64,000 bases of DNA from Eledone cirrhosa. Taxonomy: Eukaryota. The DNA lies in contig OZ024743.1 in NCBI GenBank assembly GCA_964016885.1, positions 364,808,001-364,872,000 on the forward strand. Reading direction: 5' to 3'. Shown in pieces: positions 26,459 through 39,810 of the stretch. Both the position numbers and the translations under genes were made by a program. The notes below the pieces were generated by a model that worked only from the letters and a program-made list of their open reading frames with translations, was not told where the DNA came from and ran no database searches. Numbering within the stretch: the first letter of the stretch is position 1; every line of letters begins with the position of its first letter.

Positions 26459-27146
26459 TAGTACACTATTAATAATTATTAATGCACTCGTGCAATGCCT
26501 GTGCGTGACGAATATTTTTAAAGTGAGGAAAGACTGTGCACTGAGCCAATCCCACTCTCTGAGCGATAGTAGCTATAACCCGAAAAGAAGAAAAGATCAA
26601 CATCATCGGTAACTACTGAGCCGCAGGTTTTATGTCGGAGTTAACCCAGTTTCCTGAGATGCCTTCTCCTAGAAGAATGCCCTGACAAGGGCTAGGGGTT
26701 CTTCACTCCCAGTGGTTTAACTGCGCGATCGGGCATCCAGCCCGATTATTTCTATGTCCCCGTGCAAAAAAAAAAAAAAAAAAAATCACTATTGACACTT
26801 ATACGTACGACATACACACACGCGCATACATATGCGCGCACACAGCAACACTCATACATACAAACAAACACACACACGCTACTCTACTCACTTACACACA
26901 CACACACATATATATATATATTACCGTCATTACTGATACAAGATTACAAGATTATGTCAACTGTTGACTTTCAAGAGTTTGTATAGTTGAAGCCGATCGT
27001 ACTACAGTCCAGTATTATTATAATTGCTTTACAGCATAGAGTCACGGCCCTCCACGCTCTGAGCTCAAATCCCGCCGAGGTCAACTTTGCCTTTCATCCC
27101 CACGGAGTCAACAAATACATACATACATACATACATACATACATAC

Positions 27147-27418
27147 ATGATGGCTGCCCCCTCGTTATCGAGTATGGCCATTGCACGACGTACCATTATT
27201 AACAATTATTAATTAATTCTATCGTGCAATGCCTGTGCGTAAAGATATTTTTTAAAGTGAGGAAAGACTGCACTGAGCCAATCCCACTCTCTGAGCGACA
27301 GTAACTATAACCCGAAAAGAAGCAAAGATCAACATCATTGGTAACTACTGAGCCGCAGGTTTTATATCGGAGTTATCCTAGTTTCCTGAGTTGCCTTCTC
27401 CTAGAAGAATGCCCTGAC
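27147..27418 (-). mobile_element. non-autonomous RTE derivative, subfamily A (5'UTR fused to 3' end)
   Basis: 27147-27188 matches 22492-22533 and 27190-27418 matches 26461-26688; in (TACA)n that interrupts a SINE at 27000-27115. Confidence 0.85.
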
Positions 27419-27582
27419 ATACATACATACATACATACATACATACATACATACATGCCCAGACATACATATATGCATGCATACATACATACATACATAC
27501 ATACATACATACATACATACATACATACATAGATACATACATACATACATACATACATACATACATACATACATAGATACAT

Positions 27583-30500
27583 AAAATGGCGACCGTTGTG
27601 GTCAGTGTCCGATAATCGGACGTGTGTAATTACGGCTTACATGAAGGCAACATACCATATATTGGAAAAAGTTGAGCTACATTACGCGGTAAGATTACAT
27701 ACAATAATTCTACATAAGTGTTTGAACTGTAAGTGTGTTGTAAAACACCTATTTATATGAACGATACATACACTTATGATATATGAACAATACATACACT
27801 TTAACATATAAATGCAACGTTGTTATATTACATTTATAAAGAAATATACAAGTAACGTTTTCGATTCAGAAACAAAAATATAAGTGTTTGAACTGTGAAT
27901 ATGTTGTGAATAGGTTGTAGAACACCTATTTATATGAATGATACATAAACTTTAACATATAAATACAGCGTTGTTATATTATATTACATTCATAAAGGAA
28001 TATACTAAGTAACGGTTCTTTTTGTTCTCGATTCAAACGATTCAAGAACAACGTTTAAAACACAGTTGTAGAATTAAAAACTAACTGAAAAGAAATATTA
28101 CCCAAGCTGTGAATAACTTTAAATTTGATTCTGACAGAACTTTGTCGTAACTTTTAAAGAAGATCATCGACTATTTTGAAAAATAAATACGAAATATTAG
28201 TGAATAGACGAACTCATCATGGCAAAAAGTACAAGTCTCCTTCGACCAAATCGCAATTACAACCGTTGTACACAGTGGAGCTACGAGCTTAACAAAGTAT
28301 TATATGAAGCATACAAACAATCTGAACCCCAAAAGTTCGGTTTTATGCAAAGGCTAAAAACTTTATGGAATTCCAAACACCCAGAATTAGACTTTTCTCC
28401 AAAGGATTTAAATGAACAGGCAAAACGTATCATTTGATGTAAATTGATACATCTAACGGAATTGAGTGATACTACAAATACAGCCCTTGTAGACAACCAC
28501 ACCACCTCCGCTGACAGACAAAGAGAATGGCCAGCTAAATCTAACAGTGAACAGCTCATCAACAATTTTGCTGAAATCCATCCCACTTCCACTGAAGAAC
28601 AGCGAGAAAGGTCAGCTGACTCTAGTAGTAATTGTCACCACATCAACAACGAGTCTGAAATGCATGACTCTACTGAACAAACAGAGCACCAAAAACTTGT
28701 GGACTCCCTACAAGTGATATGGAACGATATGTTTCAAGAGATACACAGCCTTAATGTGAGTGACAGACCATACAACACTAGAGTCAGTAAAGAACCCACT
28801 AAATTGGAATTGGAAGCGGTGAACGAAATAGCTGGCAGTTATCTGAAGGCTATACGATCTAAAGGTGTAGAAACGACATTTGAAACGCTTAATGTTTTGT
28901 TATATGTTTCAGCTGTCACATTGCTATCATATAACACACATCTAAAACCACGCAATCAAGATACAAGCAGAAAGCCTGAACCAGCGTGGATGCGAAATTT
29001 AAAATCCAAAATTTTGTCCCTGAGACGATGTATCTCACACATCGCAGTCGTTATGAAATGCAACATAGAGAGCAACTTCACACGACACCAGGAAGACCTA
29101 AAGAAAAAGTTAGAGAGACGATTTGGAGATACAAAATTTAAAACTTTGAACTCCAAATTACACTAGTTGAAACAACAACTCACAGCTACAACAGAAAGAC
29201 TGAAATATAAGTCAACAGCACATAAACGACAAGTGCTAAATAGATTGTTTGCCAGAGATCCTAAATCAGTTTATCGCAGCTTCGGTGGCAAAAGCTCAAT
29301 CTCTGTAAATGACACCCCTTCAAAAGAACAGGTTGAGAGCTACTGGAGATCTGTATGGGAAACGGATGACGGATTCAACAGACAAGCTAATTGGCTAAAA
29401 GAACTGGAACAGGACTACTGCCAACATGTCCAGACAAAACAATATGACATAGATGGGTCAATACTGGAAACAGCTCTACAGAAAATGTCGAATAGGAAAT
29501 CGCCAGGCCCAGACCTCATTACAGGATACTGGTTGAAGAATTTCACTTTCTATCGGCAAGATCTCATACGGCTGTTTACAGAAACCATTAAGGGCACACA
29601 AGAACTGCCCAGATGGTTATCAACTGCCTCTACTCTCCTCATTCCCAAAAATAGCCAAACCACCCTTGCTAAAAATTACCGCCCAATAGCCTGCCAAAAC
29701 ATCATGTATAAATTATATACTGGGTGCCTTAACCTGTTCTTACAGGATCACTGTGCTACCAACAACATCATAACACCTGAGCAAGCTGGTGGAAAGAGGG
29801 AGGTGTGGGGTTGCATAGATCACCTACTAACTAACAAAATGATTCAGGAAAAAACAACAAAGAATCGCAGAAACATGACTGTCGTGTGGCTGGACTATCA
29901 AAAAGCATTTGATAGTGTACCTCATGGGTGGATTGTTAAGGCTTTACAGTTAGCTAAAGTCCCACAACCATTGGTAGCTGCTGTTGAACGCCTGACCAAG
30001 AACTGGTACACCAGTTTGATCCTTAGAGGTGAGAAGGAGCAGGTTAAGACTGATAAGATACATTACCAGAAGGGCATCTTTCAGGGTGATAGCTTGTCAG
30101 TACTACTCTTCGTTCTCTCACTGAATCCACTATCTTACCTACTCAGGAAACAAGGTGGACAAAGAAGTGGGCCCAGAAGTATCTCCCATCTTTTCTTTGT
30201 TGATGACCTGAAGTTGTATGGGCCAAATATCAATGACATCAAGAAACAATTGGACCTCATTACACAATTTTCAACCGACATCAAAATGAAATTTGGTGAG
30301 TCCAAGTGTGCATATTTGGAAGTAAAACGTGGAAGAGCTGTGCCCACGTCTAGAAATCTAGAGATGAACGGCCTGACAATACAACCTCTGCAGTCAGGTG
30401 ACAACTACAGATATCTTGGACAGGATGAGAATGTCAGATATGATGGACCCATAAATAAGGAGAGAACCAGAACTGAATACCTCAGAAGAGTAAAGAAAAT

Positions 30501-31808
30501 ATGGTCATCAGAACTGTCAGCATACAACAAATACATTGCCCACAATACTTATGCTGTGCCAATTCTAACGCCAACATTTGGCCTACTGAACTGGTCATTG
30601 CAAGAACTAAGTGAGATGGATGTTAGAACTCGAAAACTTCTCAGTGTTACTGGCAACTTTAACATCAATGGTGATGTGGATAGGCTATACTTCTCACGCA
30701 AGGAAGGTGGCCGGGGTCTAAAATCAATATTAACAACATATGAGACCCGGATAGTAACACTGAAGCAACACCTTCAACAGAGGAAAAAGGTTGGCAACCA
30801 TCTTGCCCAGGTTTATGACCATGAAAAAAGAAATATCATTAGAATAGCGACTGATCTGGAGGAGAGATATGGAATAAAGCCTGATATAAATCTCTCACCC
30901 AGAGAAATCGGAAGATCCTATTCAATATTCAAACAAGATAAAAAAATTGACCAATTTACAGAAAAAGTTGTGCATGGATACTTGAGGCGTAAAACACAGA
31001 CCATAGAGGGGATAAACCACTCAAAAAGCCTGGCATGGAGTTCCGACAAGTTTATGACATCACACCTTGAGGGATATCTCTATGCAATACAGGAACAAGA
31101 ACTCCCTACCAAATATCTACTGCACAAAAGAGGAGGGCCAGCAGCTGACAATAAATGTAGGCTATGTAAAACAAAGATCGAGGATGTAAGCCACATTGTT
31201 GCCAGCTGCGAAAGAATGTCATCTCGCTACTACCTCCCATGAGATACGATGGGATAGCTAGAACCATCTGGAATGCACTTCGGAAAACAAAATTAACAAC
31301 AAACGAGGAAGAATATATTGAGACAGATGGCACTAAGGAATACTGGTGGAACCTGAAAATAAAAACTGCCACCAAATTAAAGCACAACCGGCCTGATATT
31401 GTAGTTTGGGACCACACATTGAAAACGTGTTCTGTTGTGGAGATCAGCTGCCCACTTGATGTAAACGTTGTCAGAAAAATACAGGAGAAGGAGGACATCT
31501 ACGGACCATTGATGAGGAGTTTACAAATCCAGTATCCAAGATACACCTTTAGCTTCATACCCATCATTATTGGTGCTACGGGTTATATAGCAACCCGCTT
31601 GGATCAAAGTATGACTGAACTTGGATTTGCGGACAAAAAGCGCAGCTCCCTAATTCATAGTCTACAAATGGCTGCGATAGCTGGCACCTTCAAAATTTGC
31701 AAAACATTCTTGCGATTCAAGGGATGACAATTTCTTTTCTTTTACAACCTTGCCACCAGGAAGGTGGCCGGTCAAAAAAATATACTCGAAATTAAGAGAA
31801 AGAGAAAA
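27583..31808 (+). mobile_element. full-length R4/Dong-type non-LTR retrotransposon in (TACA)n
   Basis: long ORF with RT and restriction-like endonuclease; (TACA)n at both ends; about 165-bp duplication in the 5'UTR. Confidence 0.85.
28219..31727 (+). pseudogene. R4/Dong-type RT - CCHC - PD(D/E)xK endonuclease polyprotein
   Basis: KSPGPD, NYRPIAC, WLDYQKAFDSVPH, GIFQGDSLS, FVDDLK, CRLC..H....C, RPDIVV..VEISCP; frameshifts near 28400 and 31240, TAG at 29164. Confidence 0.9.
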
Positions 31809-31863
31809 CATACATACATACATACATACATACATACATACATACATACATACATACATACAT

Positions 31864-32310
31864 AGAAAAGAAGGGGATACATACATACAGACCTTTAATG
31901 AGCAATTTGGAAATCCAGACCCAAGAAGCACGTTCAGTTTCATACTTATTATTATCGGAAATACATGTTATATACCAACCTACCTGGACCATAGTATAAC
32001 TGAACTTGAATTTAAGGAGAAAGAACGTAGCTTCTTAATTCATAAGCTACAAATGGCTGCGATATCTGGAATCTTGATCAAGTGATGCATGTGCTTGAAG
32101 CTTTTTTAGGTGAAGAAACGCCTTGCACCGGACTAATCCCACTCTCTGAACAACAATAACAGGTATCCAAAAGAAAGGAATATGTCAACATCATTGGCTG
32201 CCATTGTGTAGCAGGTTTTACATCATACTTTTCTTTCTCTTTGAATGATAACCTAACAAGAACTAGTGGTATCTCACTCACGGTGGGCTAACCGCGCGCT
32301 AGGGCACCAA
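31864..32310. mobile_element. degenerate R4-type 3' fragment (+, 31864-32080) abutting an RTE 5'UTR fragment (-, 32081-32310)
   Basis: TFSFILIIIG..LQMAAISG matches 31540-31690; AATCCCACTCTCTGA..GTCAACATCATTGG matches the RTE UTR. Confidence 0.65.
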
Positions 32311-32354
32311 ACATACATACATACATACATACACACATACATACATGCGTACGG

Positions 32355-32433
<79 letters not shown>

Positions 32434-32797
32434 CAACGCGATCAGTCGCACATTTTGCCATGGGAGACTATTCTTTAAATTTAAGGTGAATACTATTTCC
32501 GACAGTAATGCCACAACTACCATCGAGCTGGCTAACTGGATATTCTTCTAACTATATCTACTGAAGACACCTTTTATTCGAATTCGTAGAGATATCCGAC
32601 TAAATACATAATTCATTGTACAAGGATTTGCTACAAACAGTATGGCCGGACACAACAACAACTTATCGAACACAAGTAACCAGGACAATCTACCGAAAAA
32701 AATCAATGAGAAAGGTAAACAAAATGTATTTAGTTGAAGCTTCGGGAGAAACTGAAATTATAAATCGCTTTTCTCTTGGAGTTGCGAACTTAATAAT

Positions 32798-32981
32798 TGT
32801 TTCTACTTTTGGCACAAGGCCACCAATTACCCAGTACATTACTGGTACTTTATTTTATCGATCCCGTAAGGTTGAAAGGCAAAGTTAACCTCGGTGGGAT
32901 TTGAACTCGGACCGTAAAGGGACGTAACTGAGCTAGAAAGCATGGCGTCCAACCCTCTACCGATACTGCCAATTCACCGCC
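32798..32981 (-). mobile_element. tRNA-derived SINE family 1 with target-site duplication
   Basis: A/B boxes; AGTTGCGAACTTAATAAT duplicated on both sides. Confidence 0.9.
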
Positions 32982-33094
32982 CTCTTAAGTTGCGAACTTA
33001 ATAATGATTTATTTAATTGTTATGAAATGGCAAAAAAATTCCCTCCGTATTTAAGCTTTGTGTGTTTATTTAATTTTTTATCGAGAAAAAATAA

Positions 33095-36000
33095 CATGGC
33101 TGACCCACGCTCCCCAACTGTATGTCTGCTGTCGTGTGACAGCAGCTTAAACTTTGAGAGGAGGCTATACAGCAAACACAAAAACTTATACCACAAACAC
33201 AAACACATTTAGCAACACCATCACAAACAACATGAACAACGACAGCAACGACAGCAACAACAGCAACAGTGAGAACACTAACCTAAAAAAAGGAATAACA
33301 ACACCAACCACAGCAGTAACAGCGACAACCAAAAGACAGGCAACAGAAACAATGACAACAAAAACAACGAAATTAACACCACCAACAAGAACATGAACAG
33401 CGACAGCACCAACAGCAACAACACCAACTGCACCGAAAACAACAGCGGCACAAAAGATATAACCAACAAGAACAGCGACAACAGCAACAACAACGACAAC
33501 ACCAACGACAAGAACATTACCAACAACAAGAACACTTTTGCTGCGGCTGCAGCCAAAAGGAGGTCATGCTTCAGCATGGACCTCACGAATAAAGATGAAA
33601 AGTTGGACCAGGCCTTGAAGCTCATCAAACAAGAGCAAACTTGGGCCAACTTAACTGTCCCGGCAGAAGACATTGAAGCGGTGGAGCGTAGAACAGTGCA
33701 TTTCAGCAGAGACAAAGAGGGCGGCTTTAATTGTCCAGACAGATATTGAAGCTGTTCTGAGGTCCATCAGGGATGACACCGAGTACATAGCGAGAGACAG
33801 ACAATACGGCACTATTTCGGTGCTGTTTAAGTCGGAAGCCCTCGCTATGAAACATGCGATGACACCTTGCAAACCAGCAAGGTCATCATGTACCCCTCCC
33901 ACATGGGAAATAGGAATACTCGTGTCCGCATTCCCGGGATTCCCCCAGGACTAGACATGTGGTGGCTCCAGGGATACATGATCGTGGAGGGGACGAATAT
34001 CGTCCCGATAGAGGTTACGAGACCTGGAGATACTTCTCCAAATCAGACCCGAAGATGTAAAAGGAATACTGGACCACATACGCCTCCAAAACGGCATGGT
34101 GTTACATATAATGACGGAGGGTAAAAGGCCGCATTGTTTCGTTTGCGGGCAAATAGCCCAATTGCGAGTCTTCTGCCCTCAACTGCTGAAAGGTGCAAGG
34201 GGTCGAAGGTCTCCACTGCAGCCGACGCCAAGGACCACCACCAACACCAGCACCGGGAAAACCACCAGCAACAACACCAACGGAAAAGCCACCAACAACA
34301 ATGGCCACCCAGGGGGTGGATGGGTGAGTAAAGCTCTCACATTCCCCCTCCCCCCAAAAATATATACATGGACAAAAACATAAACACACACACAAACACA
34401 CAGCCACAGACCCTTCATTTTCCAGTAGTGAAGATGAGGGAAAACCCAAATCCCCTAAAAAGCAAAAAAGAAAACACATTAAGAAAAAGCACAAAACACC
34501 CACAACAAAAAATGAAGACACCACCCACGCAAACACTTCCCCAACAACACCGACACCACCACCTTCACTATCACCACAATCCTCCAAATGCAAACAACCT
34601 AAATAGACACAAAAATAAATAAACACACAGACACCTGAAATTGCAGACACCACTCCTACAACAAACAAAGACACCCGAAACAACACCAACAAAACCATCA
34701 CCACCACAGTCACGCAAACACAAACAAATAATAACACCAACAAAACATAAAAAACTTCGTGCTTGTCAGAAGAGCCAACGAGAAATTGATGGCCTCCGTA
34801 GCAAGAAGAAAAGAAATCCAAACAGAGGGGGAGAATTTTTAATCGAGCACGTTTCGCGTGCCAGATTTGTTTCTGGTGTGATTGTTGCTCGATTCCTACA
34901 AAGAAATTCGAGAGAGCTTTCCTCGGGACATTGGGAACCCTGAACAGGAAACCCTCATCGAGACTTTTAAAGGAGTTCCCAAAAGAAACCCCATCAACTA
35001 TGGAGGTCGAACCACCCGACCTCCACAAGACCCCGGGAGGTAAGTAAACCTTTCCTGACTCTCTTTTAGCCTGCCAACATAGCCATATTAAGAGTAGGAA
35101 GTTTGAATGTTCGTGGCCTGGGGTCGCTCTGGAAGCAGGGTCACCTGCTCAACGACCTCAGGTCTCTAGAGATGGATGTAATTGCCGTCAGCGAGACCAA
35201 GATTTCTGATACCCACGCACCAGCCCCCATTTTCGACGACTATCAGATCTTCGCATCTGTTACTCAACCGGCCAGACTTCTTTAGGCACCTGAAACCTTT
35301 TCTGGGTACATCTCACACTTTACTGTTTGAGGGGGATTGAAACGGCATCTTAGACGCTCACTGAGATTGTAGAGGGGTGCAAAAGCCTCAAATACCTGAT
35401 CAGCCAGTTCTAACTGTCTGACAAGTACCGACAAGAATTTCCTAATACGCCGTGTGGACCTGGACCAACCTCATAGGGTCATCTAGATCGTATATAGATA
35501 GGATTCTCGTTAGGAAAATAGATAGAAATAGCTTAGGTAGTCTACTTTTTAAAACGGTCGCCTATTCAGATCACAAATTTGTGATCTGAATAGGGTTTAG
35601 CAAAGAAGTAGCGTTAGAGAAAAATAGAAAGGAGGGGGAGCTGGTAGCTAAGTTAGACGAGGCTGTTTGTGGCAGCATTGCAACTGACGTGATTGCAGCG
35701 AGAATGGCATTAGAGCACTTCTTCAATGCGAAACACGAAGGTTGCATTGTTAGAGCTAAGGCGTGTGCTATGAGAAACGAGGGAACCAAAGCTGTTCGAT
35801 GAGCCCGCGTGGCGGAGGGGCAGCGTGGCAATAAAACCACAATTCGGTCTTTGGCCGACCGAGACGGACACGAGCTGAACGATTCCAGTCGGATGTGTGA
35901 GCCCTTTCACCAGCACTTTGCTCGGTTGTTCGGGGGTAGTGGCGCGTCAGAGACAGTAGCAGACTTCAGTCCCTACTTCGACAGCTTACCGCGTTTTCAG

Positions 36001-37545
36001 AGTTTACGATTTGGGTCAAGGTGTTAGCGAAGAGGTTCGCGCTTGTTGTCGAGGATTTGGTGTGGGGAGGGCGCAAACTTGCGCAATCTCGACCAGGTCC
36101 ATACACGACAACCTCCACCTCGTGCGATACATCGTAGAGAGGGTAGGGTGTAAACCTGGCTTCGGTGGGGCTCTGATTAATTTAGATCAATCGAAAGCAT
36201 TCGATAGAGTTGACCATTGATACCGGGAGGCTGTCCTCAGGCAGCTGGTTTCGGCCCCGTCTTCAGAGACTGGATCGCTGAAATGCACAGCGGCATTTGC
36301 TCGGTGGTCAAAATTAATGGCCACCTTTCGGAACCGTTTCAGGTCTCCCGATCGGTCCGTCAAGGGTGCCCTCTCTCCTCCCTTCTGTACGTATTGACTC
36401 ACGAAGCTTTATTGCGGAAGCTGGAGCTGTTGCAGGGCATCCCGCTCGAACCGGGACGCGGAAAGGCAATGGCGGCTTATGCGGAAGACATCACCGTGAT
36501 GGTGTGTCGGACACCTCGGAAATCGTGGTGGTCGGCACCTTATTGGAGGGATATGAAAGGTTGACACGAGCGAAACTTAATCCAGAAAAGTCGGTGGGCT
36601 TGCAGCTCAGCACCTGGAGAAGCAAGCTCATGCCATCCAACAGCGTCGTGGGGCGCTGGACGAACCTGTAAAGTTGCTCGGGGTTTAGTTCAGACCAGAC
36701 CTCCAGATGGATAAGAATTGGGACGTTGGGACGATCAGAGTAGCCAGTCTCACCCAGAAATGGGGACAGATTCCGTTGGTGAGGTGGTCCATCTGGTACC
36801 AGAACCCTCTATGTGGAGGGCTGGGCATGCCGTGGCTAATAATGCGCAGACATGCGCTGAGGCTGCAGCATCTCAAGATATTCTGCCTAAACGGTGAACA
36901 GGTGTGGTCGCCGTTTTTCAGATGGTCCTTTCCGCAGCTCGTCCCTTTGACTGAGCTGCAGTCCTGGGCAAAGAAGAGACCAACCAAGACTGGGTGCCTG
37001 GCATCGGGAATGTTACCACGTACTCACTGCCCTCTACCAGGCGGGCAATGTGGTCAGTGGAACATCGACTCTCGAGTTCTATAGAGGATTAGTGGTGCGC
37101 AAGAGTGATGACGCACTCGGAGAGTCTCTGGGCGTCGACGAAGTCGAACTAACCAGTGTGTTCCGGTGGACATTCGAGCCGAGGGTGATGGATAATTTCT
37201 TGTAATTTCTCGCCTAGAAGTGCTACCGGGGTGGGGGGAACTGCCGTTTCAAGATAAACTCTACAGGCACGGAAATGCTGTCTGACGGACCTGTCCGAGA
37301 TGTGCGCAGAGCGACGAAACCGTTCTGCACGCACTCGTTCAGTATCCGTGTATTACTGACTTGTGGGGTTATGTCGAACAGCTGTTGTCGCGTGCAGAAC
37401 GGATCCGGCTATCGGCAGAGTCTATAGTGAATATCGACCCACCGCCTTCTTTTGGCCAGGAAGGGCAGGCAATTTTCCTTTGGCTGGTGGCAGTAGCGAA
37501 ATAGGTTGTATGGTGGACCAGGTTGAAAGAACTGAAGACAAGGAA
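33095..37545 (+). pseudogene. degenerate Tx1/L1-type LINE (ORF1 with zinc knuckle, ORF2 APE-RT)
   Basis: CFVCGQIAQLRVFC; SLNVRGL..VSETK; LDQSKAFDRVDH; VRQGCPLS; 3' part homologous to 62830-63990. Confidence 0.85.
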
Positions 37546-39620
37546 GTAACAAAGTCCACTCATATAAAAATGATTATACTACTGACAGTATCCTAAACGG
37601 TCCGATGAACTGTACGGCAAATAAAGCATAATATGAAGATTAAAGGGTCATTTATTAATACGAATTCTAAGTAAAGAGAAATGAAAAAGAATAGTTTATT
37701 AATATTTTTCTTTAGACTGAGCTTTTTAGGGCTCTTTACTTGAAAAATGTTATGATGAACTGATATATTTTCAATAAAAGATCACTATTATGTAACTCCA
37801 GTACAAAGCAAATCTTGAAATGCCCCTTCTTCGTGTGAACTGCAAATATTTCGGCATACAATTTGCAAGTTTATCCGGTCTCCTTTGAGATTGCATCTAT
37901 TTCGATGCATGCGCACATCAGATTTTTTTTTTTTTTTATTTTTTGAATTTACAACAGAGAACCCGGTCCTATCTAGTTACGTACTCTAATCTCCAGGATA
38001 CTGTCAAACTGAAACAATTAGTAAAACCCTAAAATAATAATGTAACGAATGGTTTTATTTCAGACCTTTACAGACCTTTACAGACCTTTACAGATTCCGG
38101 AGTAGACACTTACTGAATTTTACGTGTGCAATTTAGACGGTTAATCCGCTAAATACTTGCTTTCAAACCCTTCCCAGTTTAGTGGTGTTGGTGCCACAAC
38201 GAGGGGATAGAGAAGATAGTTTTTCCGGTCGAGTGGATCAGTTTACACGTGCCATATGGAACCATTTTATTTGAAAATGTGAGATCTTCCCCGGCTGCCT
38301 AGCTCCGACTATTCCGAACCTAAGCATCATGTTCTTTGAGATCCGATATTTCCTTATCTAAGAGACGGTTGTATAGTAAAAGGCAAGCTACGCTTGACTT
38401 GGAAAAACCTAGTGACATACATGAATGGCTGACAAATATTAAGCAATAGTTGACTTATTTAATAATTTGAAATGACTGCTGTTGATTTACTTTGACTATT
38501 GAAGAAAGGAGAGCTTGAGAGGTGTGAAAAAAAGAAGTTCACACGAAGTAAATGCTTCACTGATAAAACTGAAGATGATATGTTATGCAGTGATGCATTA
38601 CAAATCGTGCATAATGCACAGCAGCATTTATGCTTAATAGGTTACTTGTTCCAGTCATGTGGACTTTCTTGTAACTAGGTGAATAGGCAATAATGTGTAA
38701 GAAGTGTGCAACGAGACATTAAAAGTGAATGAGGTGAAATTGGGTAGAAATAATTATAAGACAGAATGACGATGAGAAAATGTACAATGTAAATTAAGAG
38801 TCAAAGGTGAATAATGTAGGTCTGAGTGAGATTGAAGTCATCGGGTTTCACACGAAACACGTTATTTCATTGAGAACGATTGTTCAGTGAAATATAAAAT
38901 GTGCGAGGGCTGGTGAAGCAAACGAATTCACATAGCTCTGTATGTATATTCGAGTTGACTGAAACCCTCCTAACCTGGTCATGTGTTAATAAGTTCACTT
39001 CGTAATCATGTCGTTCCGGGCTCAAGCCGGTTTATCACTACCTGATCCTCAGATAGATTCAGTGAAGTTTATTTTGTTGAAAGCGTTCAAACCAGATCTC
39101 AATACTGAGAGTATCAAGATATTCCATCCACACACAAAACTCGGAGGACTTTCATGAAGAGCAAGATTATATCTGTAAACATTTGTATACATTTAATAAC
39201 AAATTAACTTGCTTTTATTATTTTATTTTTGTCACTGACTTCAGTCATTGGGGTGCGGCTATAATGGGCTGTCACCTTCAATGGTTTTAGTTAGATCACA
39301 TCAACCCTGGTATTTTTTCAGTTTGGTAATTGTTTTATGCATCTGTTTGACTAATGTCTATTTTACCTTTACAACAATCATCAGTTCATCCACCATCTTT
39401 TCGGGTAGGCTGTCAGTAAATCTTATGTAACTACAAAAGACATGTTGTAGGACAGTATGAACAAAATAAGCAGAGAGAGATGATATAACAAACTAATATT
39501 GATTTCTAACACTGGCACTAGTCCACAGATTTTGGGAGAGGATATAATCAATTAAAGGAAAGATGAAAGTTAAAGTTGGCCTCGGAGTATTTGAACTCAG
39601 AATATAAAGGGTTGTAACTA

Positions 39621-39810
39621 AATAATTGTTTCTACTTTTGGCACAGGGCCAGCAATTATCCAGTACATTACTGGTACTTTATTTTATCGACCCCGTAAGG
39701 ATGAAAGGCAAAGTCAACCTCGGCGGGATTTGAACTCAGATCGTAAAGAGACGTAACTATGCTGGAAAGCATGGCGTCCGACCCTCTACCGATACTGCCA
39801 ATCCACCAAC
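39621..39810 (-). mobile_element. tRNA-derived SINE family 1 inserted in an older copy (39490-39620)
   Basis: near-identical to 16453-16640. Confidence 0.85.

Larger units (their letters stand above)
22489..26765 (-). mobile_element. near full-length RTE/BovB-type LINE
   Basis: 5'UTR 26461-26765, ORF 26393-22858, 3' end GGCCATACTCGATAACGAGGGGGCAGCCATC(ATGT)n; microsatellite blocks in both UTRs. Confidence 0.8.

Noticed and set aside
37560-38500. non-repetitive CpG-containing stretch as possible exon or promoter
   Set aside because: No convincing ORF, splice pair or RNA family recognisable by eye
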